DNA from: Nitrosopumilaceae archaeon
GTDB taxonomy: Archaea > Thermoproteota > Nitrososphaeria > Nitrososphaerales > Nitrosopumilaceae
Reading direction: 5' to 3'
Length of the DNA: 64,000 nucleotides
NCBI GenBank assembly: GCA_965203465.1
Contig: CBDBCR010000001.1
Coordinates: forward strand, 832,001 to 896,000
Below, in pieces: positions 19,245 to 29,019 of this stretch. Made by a program: the position numbers and the translations under genes. Under the pieces are notes generated by a model. That model searched no databases. It was not told the origin of the DNA and saw only the letters and a list, made by a program, of their open reading frames with translations. Position 1 is the stretch's first letter; every line of letters begins with the position of its first letter.

Positions 19245-22200
19245 CTTATGCGCGGGGCGCGCCTGTCCTTGTAGGTGACTATCTGCGAGACGCCGTTGCG
19301 CCCGTACACGCCGTATATGAGGCGGGCCTTTTCCACCACGGAATCTTTGAGCGAGACCATGATGAACTGGCTCTCGGCGGCGCGCTCTTCGAGTATCTTG
19401 GAGAGGCTCTCGGAGTTGGGCGCGTCGAGGTGGGCGTCGACCTCGTCGAACAGGTAGAACGGCGAGGGCTGGAGGCGCTGCAGGGCCAGCACGAAGACCA
19501 CGGCGGCCAGGGTCTTTTCGCCGCCGCTTATCGAGGAGGACTCGCGCTTTGTCTTGTTCTTGAACTGGATCATGTACGATATGCCCGACGAGAATATGTC
19601 GTCCTCGCTCTGCAGCTCCAGCCACGCCGAGCCGCCGGTCATCTTTGAAAAGATCGCGCGGATCTCGCGGTCCACCTTGTCGAACGCCTCGAGGAACGTC
19701 TGGCGCTTTTCCTTCTCGACCGATTCTATGAAGCGCACTATGGAGTTGCGCTCGCCCTCCAGCGAGTTCTTGCGCTCGGACATGGACCGGTACCCCGAAG
19801 ACACCTCCGCGTAGGCCTCGGGCGCCCTTGCGTTTATCTGTGAAAGCGAGCGCAGTTCCGCCTGCAGGCCGGCCAGCAGGGGGCCCACCTCGAACGTATC
19901 GGAGCCGGGATCGAAGCCGCTCGACGCAAGCTTTTTGCGCAGCGCGTCCCGCTCGCCCGTCATGTCGCGCACGTCGCGCTCCAGCGCGTCGTGCCTCCTG
20001 TCCAGCGCCGAGGTGCGCCGCCCGAGGGCGCGCTCCTGCTCGACGAGCTCGCGCAGCCGCTCGTCGTACATGCGCAGCTGCTCGACGGGCACCTCGGAGG
20101 CTATCAGCTCCTGCTCGCGCGCGCGCGCCTCCTGCAGGCGCGCGTCGCACCCGAAGCGCGCCCACGCCGACGAGCGCACGCGCGCGACCAGCTCCGCGCG
20201 CTCCGAGCGCAGCGACCCGCGCTCCGAGGCCAGCTGCTCGGCCCTCGACGACATCCTGGAGGCGGCCTCGCGCTCGGCTGCAAGCTCCGCCGAGTGCCCG
20301 CCCAGCGCCGACGAGGCCTCGCGCACGTCCCGCTCGGCCCGCGTCTTTGCGGCGTTGAGCCTCTCGAGGTCGTCTGCGACCGATTCGTGCCCGCCCGGGC
20401 CCGCCTCGGCGCGTATCCGCTCGGCCTCCTCCTCCAGCCGCGAGGCGTCCCCCATCTGGTCCGAGGCTGACTTGCGCATCTGCCCGGCCGCGAGCTCGCA
20501 CGCGCCCGCCCTCCTGCCGGCGGCCTCGAGCGCCTTTGCCACGCCGGCCGCGCGGTCGCGCAGATCCGAGAGGCTCTGCTCCGCCGAGACGAGCGACTTT
20601 TCTGACAGGAGGCGCCTGTCGCGCAGCGCGGCGACCGACGCGTCTATCTTTTGCACGGCGGCGCGGCGCCGGGCCGCGTGCCTCTTCAGCTGGGAGATGG
20701 AGCGCAGCAGGCCGTCGACCGACGAGCTCATCGTGATGAAGCGGGTCAGCTTTGATATCTTTGAGCTGATGTCTATCACCACGGCGCCCGCGCGCGCCTC
20801 GAACAGGTCCCCTTCCAGCGTGACCGCCCGCTGCCCCGAGGCCGCGGCCCGCTGCGCGGCCTCGCGCGAGGAGGCGAGCACCACGTCGCCGAACAGGAAG
20901 GTGGCAAGCTTTTCGTAGCCCTTTTGGGCGCGCACGTGGGCGGAGAGCGGGCCGAGTATGCCCCGCCCCTCGGCCTTGGGGGGGTCCAGGTCGGGCACCG
21001 CCTCCATGGGTATTATGCGCAGGCGCGGCAGGCCGCGCGAGCGGGCCGCCTCGGCCAGCCCGAGCATGGTGGACATGTCGCTGACCAGCAGGGCCTTGAA
21101 CCAGTCCGAGCCCGCGGCCAGCACGGCCCTTTCGTAGCGCGGCTCCCACGATATCTTCTGGTACGCCAGGCCCTCGACCCCCAGGCGGGCCGCGTCCTCC
21201 TGTATGCGCGCCACCGTGTAGTCTTCGTGCATTACGCCGCGCATCACGCGTATCTTGGCCTCGTACTGCGAGGCGGCCTTTGAGGATCTTTCGAGTATCT
21301 GCCCAAGGTCCTGAATCTCTGCCGACGCCTTTGCGCGCCGCGCCGCGAGCGCCGACTTTTGCGCGTCGATCCCGTCCAGAGCCGCCCTGTGGCTGCGTAT
21401 CCTGCGCTCGTATCCGGACAGCAGGCGCGCGAGCCGCTCCGATTCGGATGCGTAGCTGGAACGCTGCTTGGCCGCGTGGCCTGCGATCTTTTCCTTCTGC
21501 TCGGCCTCTGCCTCGAGCCGGGCGAGCGAGACGCGCAGCTGCGCCGCCCTGCCTGACATCTCCCTCGCGCGCGTTTCGTGCTCTGATGCCCTGCGCGCCT
21601 CTTTTGCCTGGCGCGCGAGCACGCCTGCGCGCTCCGCGTCTATCTCCTTGAGGCCCGACTCGTGGACCTGCAGCCGGGCGCGCGCCTCGTCCGCGAGGCG
21701 CCCGGCCTCGGCGGCCCTCGAGGCTGCCTCTTTCCGCCCGGCCTCGGCCCGCCCGATCTCGGCGTCCACCTTCGGGGCGCGCGCGCCGATCTCGGCCAGC
21801 CTCCTCTGCGCGGCCGCGATTGCCCCCGAGGCGCGCTCGTGGATCTGCACCTGCTCTGATATCTGCGACGAGACGCGCGTGCGCTCCCTGCCGTGCTCGC
21901 CGGCCTCGGCGACCACCGAGTTTTTGGCCTTCTCTATCCGGGCGGACTCTGCGCTCACGCGCCCCATCTCGGCCTTTAGTTCAGAGCTCCCCTCGTCGAC
22001 TTTTCTCAGCTCCGCCCTGCGCGACTCCAGCGACTCCAGAACCCCGCGCAGCCTGCGCGCCGCGGCCACGGCCTCCAGCCTGGAGACCTCGGACTCGACG
22101 GCCTCGCGCCGCAGCTTTTGGTTGCGCTCTTCTTCGAGCTCGTCTATCCTCTTTTTTATCTCGCCCATCCTGGCGAGCGCCACCGCGAGGCGCTGGTCCG

Positions 22201-22756
22201 CCTCGGCCAGCTGCTTTTCGGCCTCTTGCTTTTTGTCGTCAAAGTACGACAGGCCCACCAAGTCCTCGATCGTCTTGCGGCGCTCTTCGGACGTAAAGTC
22301 TGATATGCGGGTGACCGTGCCCTGCTGCACCGCGTTGAGCTGGCCCAAGCCGGCGTTGGCCATGTCGAGCGTGTCAAGTATGTGGGTCCGGGTGACCTGC
22401 TTGCGGTTCAGAAAGTACGTGTTTTCGCCCCCGTCGGACATCTCGCGGGTGATCTCCACCGAATCCGAATCGACGGGCAGGCGCCTGTCCGAATTGTCGA
22501 ACGTCACGCTGGCCCTGGCCATCTTGGGGCCGCGCCGCCTGGCCCCCTCCACGTCGTGGAGCAGCGAGTGGAGCTTGTCCACGCGCATGACCCGGGGCCG
22601 GTTCTCGCCCATGGCGAACATTATGGCGTCCAGCACGTTGCTCTTGCCCGATCCGTTGGGGCCCGATATGGACACGAGGCCCGGCTCGAACTGGACGGTG
22701 GTGTTGGAAAAGCCGAAGGACTTGAACCCGAATATCTCGACCTTTTTGATATGCAC
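19241..22756 (-). CDS. smc: chromosome segregation protein SMC
   Basis: GFKSF, GPNGSGKSN, coiled coils with hinge, SGGEK, FDEVDAHLD; start GTG 22756. Confidence 0.96.
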   Translation of the reverse strand: MHIKKVEIFGFKSFGFSNTTVQFEPGLVSISGPNGSGKSNVLDAIMFAMGENRPRVMRVDKLHSLLHDVEGARRRGPKMARASVTFDNSDRRLPVDSDSVEITREMSDGGENTYFLNRKQVTRTHILDTLDMANAGLGQLNAVQQGTVTRISDFTSEERRKTIEDLVGLSYFDDKKQEAEKQLAEADQRLAVALARMGEIKKRIDELEEERNQKLRREAVESEVSRLEAVAAARRLRGVLESLESRRAELRKVDEGSSELKAEMGRVSAESARIEKAKNSVVAEAGEHGRERTRVSSQISEQVQIHERASGAIAAAQRRLAEIGARAPKVDAEIGRAEAGRKEAASRAAEAGRLADEARARLQVHESGLKEIDAERAGVLARQAKEARRASEHETRAREMSGRAAQLRVSLARLEAEAEQKEKIAGHAAKQRSSYASESERLARLLSGYERRIRSHRAALDGIDAQKSALAARRAKASAEIQDLGQILERSSKAASQYEAKIRVMRGVMHEDYTVARIQEDAARLGVEGLAYQKISWEPRYERAVLAAGSDWFKALLVSDMSTMLGLAEAARSRGLPRLRIIPMEAVPDLDPPKAEGRGILGPLSAHVRAQKGYEKLATFLFGDVVLASSREAAQRAAASGQRAVTLEGDLFEARAGAVVIDISSKISKLTRFITMSSSVDGLLRSISQLKRHAARRRAAVQKIDASVAALRDRRLLSEKSLVSAEQSLSDLRDRAAGVAKALEAAGRRAGACELAAGQMRKSASDQMGDASRLEEEAERIRAEAGPGGHESVADDLERLNAAKTRAERDVREASSALGGHSAELAAEREAASRMSSRAEQLASERGSLRSERAELVARVRSSAWARFGCDARLQEARAREQELIASEVPVEQLRMYDERLRELVEQERALGRRTSALDRRHDALERDVRDMTGERDALRKKLASSGFDPGSDTFEVGPLLAGLQAELRSLSQINARAPEAYAEVSSGYRSMSERKNSLEGERNSIVRFIESVEKEKRQTFLEAFDKVDREIRAIFSKMTGGSAWLELQSEDDIFSSGISYMIQFKNKTKRESSSISGGEKTLAAVVFVLALQRLQPSPFYLFDEVDAHLDAPNSESLSKILEERAAESQFIMVSLKDSVVEKARLIYGVYGRNGVSQIVTYKDRRAPRIS

Positions 22757-22816
22757 GGATTCGGGCGGCGCGTCCACCCTAATAACCTCTGTTGGCCCGC
22801 CTTTTCCCGGCGCGCG

Positions 22817-23083
22817 GCCGCGGCGATCGGGTCTTCGCGGCCCGGCCGCGCCCCCCGGGGCCCCGCCCGGGTGCGATCCGCGCCTGCGCGCGGCCGCTTT
22901 GGGCCGGGCCCGGCGCGCAGGCGGACCGCCTGGGCCGCCGCGGCGATCGGCTTTTTTCCGGCCCCACGGCCGGGTTCGGCCGGCGCAGGCCCGCAAGAAC
23001 CGGGCGATCGCGCGGTTCGCCGCGGCCCCACGACGCGGGGCGTCCGTTGGACGACTCGTTGTTTCGCAAGAACCGGGCGATCG
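22817..23083. repeat. cluster of short direct repeats built on GGCGATCG
   Basis: GCCGCGGCGATCGG at 22817 and 22937; CGCAAGAACCGGGCGATCG at 22992 and 23065. Confidence 0.75.
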
Positions 23084-23087
23084 AAGT

Positions 23088-24179
23088 TCACTGCGGGCCG
23101 ACGAACCGCTCGCACGCGGCCTTTGCCTTGGGATCGGGCATCTGCTCGATGGGGTGCTTCATCAGGTACGCGCTCGCCTCCCTGACCGGGCCGCCGAGGC
23201 CGCGATCTAGCGATATCTTGGCCAGCCTCACCGCGTCCACCACTATTCCGGCCGAGTTGGCCTTGTCGTCCACCTCCAGCCGGACCTCCATGTTGTACGG
23301 TATGTTGGCCCACTGCCTGCCCTCTATCCTCATGAACATGACCTTGGTGTTGCCCAGGAACGGTATAAAGTCCGACGGCCCGACGTATATCTGGTCGTCG
23401 TCCAGGCGCGCGTCAAGCTGGCTCTGGACGCTTTCGGTCTTTGAGATGCGCTTGCTTGCGAGCCTCTCCTGCTCTTTCATGTTGAGAAAGTCCGTGTTGC
23501 CGCCCACGTTGATCTGGTAGGTCTTTTCGACGCGCGTCCCGCGCTCGCTGCAGAGCCGGGCCAGCGTCCTGTGTACTATGGTGGCGCCCACCTGGCCCTT
23601 TATGTCGTCGCCTATGCACGGTATGTTCTTCTCCTGAAAGCGGCGCGCCCACTCCGGATCCGAGGCGATGAAGGACGGTATGCAGTTGACAAACGCCGCC
23701 CCCGTATCGAGGCACGCCTCGGCCCAGAACCGCGTGGCCCTGTCCGAGCCCACCGGCAGGTAAGAGACGACGACCTCGGCGCCCGTCTCCTTTAGCACGC
23801 GGCGCACGTCCGAGGCGAGCTGCTCGTCGGTCTTGCCGCTCTTTATCGGGTTGACTTTGTTTTCCACCCATATGCCCACGCCGTCCAGCGCCGGGCTCTC
23901 GTGGACCGTCGCGTCGGAGCGCGGCATCTGCTCGCGCGGGATCCAGTCGACCATGTTGGGGCTCTCGTAGATGGCCTCGTGCAGGGGCTTGCCCACCTTG
24001 TTGGCCCCCACGTCAAAGCCGCACACAAAGTCGATGTCGTGTATGCCGTAGCCGCCAAGATTCTCGTGTATTATGCCGGTGACCTTTTGCGAGGGGTTCT
24101 GCCTGTAGTATTCTATGCCCTGCAGCAGGCCCGCAAAGCAGTTGCCGATGCCCACCAAGGCCACGCGTATGCGTCCCAC
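23088..24179 (-). CDS. ino1: myo-inositol-1-phosphate synthase
   Basis: GIGNC, YLPVGS, GDDIKGQVGAT, GGNTDFLNM, DDKANSAG. Confidence 0.95.
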   Translation of the reverse strand: MGRIRVALVGIGNCFAGLLQGIEYYRQNPSQKVTGIIHENLGGYGIHDIDFVCGFDVGANKVGKPLHEAIYESPNMVDWIPREQMPRSDATVHESPALDGVGIWVENKVNPIKSGKTDEQLASDVRRVLKETGAEVVVSYLPVGSDRATRFWAEACLDTGAAFVNCIPSFIASDPEWARRFQEKNIPCIGDDIKGQVGATIVHRTLARLCSERGTRVEKTYQINVGGNTDFLNMKEQERLASKRISKTESVQSQLDARLDDDQIYVGPSDFIPFLGNTKVMFMRIEGRQWANIPYNMEVRLEVDDKANSAGIVVDAVRLAKISLDRGLGGPVREASAYLMKHPIEQMPDPKAKAACERFVGPQ

Positions 24180-24203
24180 GCCGAGATCCCAGATTTTGCA
24201 ATT

Positions 24204-24772
24204 TTAAGTCTTGCGGGGGGCCCGTCCCCGTTCTTCCAGACGGCGGATGCGGACTGGCGTGCCGGGCAGCGGAGCCGAAGCGGCGTGCGGGCAGAAGTCG
24301 CCATGCGGGATCTCGCCGCTGCGCCTGAACATGTCCAGGACTTGGATTGATTCTATGCCGTATTCCAGAGGTGTGAAAGGGATCCTGTGCTGCCTGCCCC
24401 CGGCCTTTTCCTGCGTGGCTCTTGCTGCCTGCCCGGCAATTTCTTGCCCTACAATCTGGCAAGATCTATGACCCACAAGCCGTCTGTACGTTCTTCATCC
24501 TTTACCGTGCTGGGCCAGTCCCGTCCCACAGCGACCGAGACTTTCTTCGGATCGGCCGAGTCTTTTACGAGCGTTCCCGGGTGCTCGGATATCCACTGCG
24601 AGAGGGCGTCGTTCTTTTTCTCGATTTCTTTCCGGACTTCTCTGGGCGCGATCAGCCTGCCGGCATTGATATCGGATTCCAGCCTGCCCCGCACGCTGGG
24701 AAAGACATCTGTTGGAATCTGGCGATGCGGGTTTGTCAGCGACGACGAGTCTGCCACGTAGACGGACATCAT
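24204..24772 (-). pseudogene. DUF4411-like PIN-domain protein, disrupted
   Basis: VYVADSSSL...PTDVFPS...EVRKEIEK, then a stop at 24449; C-terminal TQEK...RIP...YGIESI..LDMFRR in another frame. Confidence 0.7.
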
Positions 24773-25886
24773 ACCTTCAGCACGACCTTGTCGAACATGT
24801 GTGATTTTATCGATAGGCGGCCAAGCGCGTCTGCGTACGTTATGAATCCATCGTCCAAGCTGTCTCCTACCAGCGACAGGATTGGCTTTCCCATCTCGGA
24901 TATACATCTCTGGCCCCAAGGCTGGCAGCCTCTTGGCGGCTTGGCGCGCTCGCCCGCGCGCCTAGGCCTCGCAAGGACGCGCTCGCATTCGGCCCTCGAG
25001 ATGCGGCCCAATTCGGCCATTTTGAACAAAAGAACCGCCTTGCTGACCTTGCACGCCTTGGGCATGCGCTCGAGCGTCTCTGCACCTGTTGGGTTTTCCT
25101 GCGCATCGAACAGTTCCTCCGCGACGGGGTCTGGAAGCAGGACCGACGACGCGAAATCGTTGCACCGCCTCTCGCGCTCGTGCTGCGCCCGTCCCGCCTC
25201 CTGTAGGTCGATGGACGCGTCCCCCAAAAGCACGTGGCCGAACTCGTGCGCGAGGGTGAACAGCCTGCCTTCCATCGAGTCCGACGCGTTGACCACCGCG
25301 ACGGCTGGCAGCTGATCGGATGGCGCAAACCCGCGCGCATCGTCCACCGGCATGGCGAGCTTGAAGACTAGCATGCTCGATCTTTCTATCTCGGCCCTCG
25401 GGTGCCCAAAGAGCGCGTAGGCGTCTTTTGACTTTTGGATCAGTTCGTAGATCTCCATCGCGCCACCGTATTTCGAAGCTGCCGCCTTGGGGCCGTCGGA
25501 CAACGAGGCTTTTTTATTCTGGGGCGCACCGGCCTGCCCAAGTTCTCGGACATCTCCAAGCCGACAGACTGCAAATGCCTAGATCTCCGTATTGCGCGGA
25601 TTGTCTGCTTGTCGAACACGCCGGATTTGTTGGTTCATGCCAGCAGATCCGTGGACCGGGGATCTTGCTCGAGCGGCTCGTCCAGCATCAACGATATTGC
25701 CGGGTAACCGAACGCTTCTGCCATCTTTCGGAGCTGCGCCAGCGTCGGGCGCCTGCGGCCAGACTCGATGCCCGATATCGCCCCGGCCGGAACGCGTATC
25801 CTCTTTGCCACCCCGTCCGCCTTCCGCCCAGACATCCCCCGTATGCGCCTGACCACGGGCGGCTCTACGTCGACCATCGCGGACAT
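24769..25886 (-). pseudogene. XRE-HTH + ImmA/IrrE metallopeptidase fusion, disrupted
   Basis: HTH (IESGRRRPTLAQLRKMA), in-frame TGA at 25635-25637, frameshift near the T6 run at 25510-25515, then FTLAHEFGH and ERRCNDFASSVLLP. Confidence 0.8.
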
Positions 25887-25934
25887 GGATGCACCGTGTG
25901 TACGGCCGGACGCAAAAACGTGCCGGTGGGCGTC

Positions 25935-26603
25935 CTACGCGCCCAGATGCGAGTCAAAGGCCCGCTCGAAGACCTCGTACGGCTGCGCCCCGAAGATGCC
26001 CGTCACCTGGCCGCCGGGGCCCACCACAAAGAACGCAGGCGTGCCGGTGATGCCGAGCGCGCGCGCATCGGAGTTGCTCGCCTCGATGGCGGCCACGTGC
26101 CTGCCCTCCGCCATGCACTGGGCAAAGGCATCCAAGTCCAGCCCCACGTCCGCTGCCATCGCGTCAAGGTTGGGCAGCGAGGCCCAGCCGGTGTTCTCGC
26201 CGGCCCACCTGCCGTACAGCTCGTCGTGGTATTCCCAAAACATGCCCTGCTCTCCGGCGCAGCGCGCCGCGTGCGCCGCGCCGACAGAGTCCTGGCCTAT
26301 TATGGTAAAGTCCTTGAACGACATCTTCACCTTGCCCGTCTGCACGTAGTCGCGCACCACCAGGGGCTCGGTGTCGTGGAAGAACACGTTGCAAAAGTGG
26401 CACTGGTAGTCACCAAACTCGACCAGCGTGACCGGCGCCCCGGGGTCGCCCAGGAACGCCGAGCCGCCGCCCAGCAGCGCGAGCCTGGCGTCGGGCGCGG
26501 GCACCTCCTCCAGCGCGCTCTCTTGGGGCGAGAGGGCGAACGACGCCAGTATGGCAACGGACGCCACCGCGGCGCCGAGCCCCAAGGACGGGCCGTGTAT
26601 CAC
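25935..26603 (-). CDS. DsbA-family thioredoxin-fold protein
   Basis: EFGDYQCHFC, GITGTPAF, N-terminal anchor. Confidence 0.93.
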   Translation of the reverse strand: MIHGPSLGLGAAVASVAILASFALSPQESALEEVPAPDARLALLGGGSAFLGDPGAPVTLVEFGDYQCHFCNVFFHDTEPLVVRDYVQTGKVKMSFKDFTIIGQDSVGAAHAARCAGEQGMFWEYHDELYGRWAGENTGWASLPNLDAMAADVGLDLDAFAQCMAEGRHVAAIEASNSDARALGITGTPAFFVVGPGGQVTGIFGAQPYEVFERAFDSHLGA

Positions 26604-26710
26604 GGGCTTGCCCCGAACGCGCCTGATTTAGGGGTTGCTGGCAGAGCCGGGTGCCCGGACCGGCGGGCGCCAGCTTCGGTTTATTTATGGGCCGCCGGCG
26701 CGCGCGCGCG

Positions 26711-27985
26711 TTGGCCGGCACCGCTGTCTTGGTCGTGGGAATTGCGGCGCTGGCCGCCTCCATGGCCCTGCTGTACGCGCTGTACCCGGCGGGGCAGGCG
26801 GCAGTCGAGACCGAGCCGCCGGGCGGGCTTTCGGGAACGGTGACGGTGGGCCAGCTGGTCTCGCTTTCGGGCGACGCCGCCCAGGACGGCCGCAACGTGG
26901 CAGCCGCCGTGGAGTTTGCGGTCTCGGAGTTCAACGCGCGGCCCGGCGCCGAGTGGACGCTCGAGTTGGTCACCGAGGACACGGCCACCGACCCGCGGAC
27001 GGCCGTGCAAAAGGCCGCAAAGCTGCGCGAGGCAGGAATACGTGTGGCGGTCGGCCCGATAACGAGCGCCAACCTCGGCGCCATCCTGGAGGATCCCGAC
27101 GCCGGCGGCATGGTGCTCGTCTCGTGCTGCTCTTCTGCGCCGTCGCTTGCCTCCGAGGACGGCGCGTTCCGCATGACGCCCGACGACTCGCGCGAGGCGC
27201 TGGCCCTGTCGGCTATGATAGCAGAGCAGGGAGTCCGGGCCGTGGTGCCGGTCTGGCGCGGCGACCTGTGGGGCGACGGCTTCACGGAGCCGGCGATGGC
27301 GGCCCTGGAGCGGGCGGGCGTGCGCGCGGAGCCCGGATTCAGGTACGATCCGGCGGACCACCGGTTCGGGCAGCTGGTGCCCGACCTGGCAGACGCGCTG
27401 GCCTCGGCGGGCCCCGGCGCCGCGGTGGCCGTGTTCGGGTTCGACGAGGTCGACGAGCTGGTCGACCTGGCCGCGAGGCACGGCGGGCTGGACGGATACG
27501 CATGGTTCGGCACCGGCGTCAACACCGGCGGGCCGATACTGGACGATCCGGTCAGGCGCGACTTTCTTTCGTCCGTGCGGTTCGGCACGGTGGGCGTAAA
27601 GGCCGAGACCAACCCGGCGCAGCAGCGGCTCGGCGAGCACCTTTCGTCCGAGGCGGGCCTGGACGTGGCGCACGCGTTCCTCAGCGGCGCGTACGACTCG
27701 GTCTGGCTGGTGGGCTTGGCCATGGAGGAGGCGCAAAGCTCGGATCCGGCAGCCGTACGGGAGGCGCTGCCGCGCGTGGCAGGCTCCTACGAGGGCGCCC
27801 TGGGCCGCATAGCGTTCAACGCGGCGGGCGACCTGGATTCGTCCGAATACGAGTACTGGATGGCCGGCCAGGAGGGGGCGCGCCCGGCCGGCTCGTACGA
27901 GCCCGAAGCGCCGGCCGGCCCCGGTCAGGTCTCGGTATCCGACTCTGTGACCGTCACGATAAACCGCAACCCCGAAGGGCCATGA
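26711..27985 (+). CDS. branched-chain amino acid-type ABC substrate-binding protein
   Basis: N-terminal TM segment, VGQLVSLSGD, EDTATDP, FRMTPDD, AYDSVWL, GRIAFNAAGD; start uncertain. Confidence 0.88.
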   Translation: MAGTAVLVVGIAALAASMALLYALYPAGQAAVETEPPGGLSGTVTVGQLVSLSGDAAQDGRNVAAAVEFAVSEFNARPGAEWTLELVTEDTATDPRTAVQKAAKLREAGIRVAVGPITSANLGAILEDPDAGGMVLVSCCSSAPSLASEDGAFRMTPDDSREALALSAMIAEQGVRAVVPVWRGDLWGDGFTEPAMAALERAGVRAEPGFRYDPADHRFGQLVPDLADALASAGPGAAVAVFGFDEVDELVDLAARHGGLDGYAWFGTGVNTGGPILDDPVRRDFLSSVRFGTVGVKAETNPAQQRLGEHLSSEAGLDVAHAFLSGAYDSVWLVGLAMEEAQSSDPAAVREALPRVAGSYEGALGRIAFNAAGDLDSSEYEYWMAGQEGARPAGSYEPEAPAGPGQVSVSDSVTVTINRNPEGP

Positions 27986-29019
27986 AGCGCGTCTTTGTCA
28001 ACGGATACGGCTCGATAGGCAGCCGCATCGCCGCGTTCGTCTCGGACGACCCGCAGGTGGAGCTGGTCGGCGTGGGCAAGCACTCGCCCGGCCCGGCCGC
28101 CGCCCGGGCCGCGGCCCGGGGCCTGAAGGTCTTTGCGCCCGCCTCCAAGATGGCAGGCTTCGGGGGCGCCTCGGGCACCATCGAGGAGGCGCTCGACTCG
28201 TCGGACATCGTCATAGACGCCTCGCCGGCCGGCTCCGGATACGCCAACAAGACGGGGCTGTACGGCCCGCGCGGCATCAAGGCCATATACCAGGGGGGCG
28301 AGAGCGTCTCGGGCCCAGAGGCCGTCTCGGACCTGCTGTTCAACTCGCGCGCAAACTACGACGAGGCGGTGGGCAAGAGCCACGTGATGCAGGGCAGCTG
28401 CAACGTGACCGGGATGGGGCGCATGCTCGGGCCGCTGCGCGAAAAGTACGGCGGCAGGCTGGCGCGCTTCGACGTGACGCTGGTGCGCAGGTGGGCAGAC
28501 ATCGAGCAGGACGCCGAGGTGCCCGACACCGTCGAGATGGCGCAGGATCCGCACCACGGCAGCGACGCAAAGCAGTACCTGGGCCCCGACGCCCCGCTGC
28601 ACGTGCGGGCCATAAAGGTGCCCACGCGCCAGATGCACCTGCACATACTCGACGTGCGGTTCCGGGGCGGGGCGCCGCCGCCCGAGGAGGTCCACGGGGC
28701 CCTCTCGGGCGAGCTCGGCGTGGCGCTGCTCTGGACCGCAAAGGGGACGGCCCAGGTGCGCAGCTGCGCCTCGCAGATGGGGTTCGGCTTTGCGGACACC
28801 AACATGATACACGTGCACGCCAACATGACGCGCACCGTCGGCGACACCGTCCACATGATGTACTCTGACGATCAGACCGGCATCGTGATACCGGAAAACC
28901 ACATGCTCATGCAGGCGATGCTGTTCGGGCGGCCCAGGGCCGAGGCGGCGGCCCACACCGAATCGGTCTTCCACATGGAAGAAAAGAAGCAAAAGCTACA
29001 GGACGCGTTCGCCCGTTAA
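27982..29019 (+). CDS. gap: type II (archaeal) glyceraldehyde-3-phosphate dehydrogenase
   Basis: VNGYGSIG, YQGGE, SCN, VRRWAD, IVIPEN. Confidence 0.92.
   Translation: MKRVFVNGYGSIGSRIAAFVSDDPQVELVGVGKHSPGPAAARAAARGLKVFAPASKMAGFGGASGTIEEALDSSDIVIDASPAGSGYANKTGLYGPRGIKAIYQGGESVSGPEAVSDLLFNSRANYDEAVGKSHVMQGSCNVTGMGRMLGPLREKYGGRLARFDVTLVRRWADIEQDAEVPDTVEMAQDPHHGSDAKQYLGPDAPLHVRAIKVPTRQMHLHILDVRFRGGAPPPEEVHGALSGELGVALLWTAKGTAQVRSCASQMGFGFADTNMIHVHANMTRTVGDTVHMMYSDDQTGIVIPENHMLMQAMLFGRPRAEAAAHTESVFHMEEKKQKLQDAFAR

Noticed and set aside
22757-22996. Apparent 79-aa N-terminal extension of SMC
   Set aside because: Runs through GC-rich repeats; SMC homology begins at VHIKKVEIFGFKSF
22817-23083. Possible CRISPR array or replication origin
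   Set aside because: Repeats are too few, of two kinds and irregularly spaced; no cas or cdc6/orc1 gene and no AT-rich unwinding element
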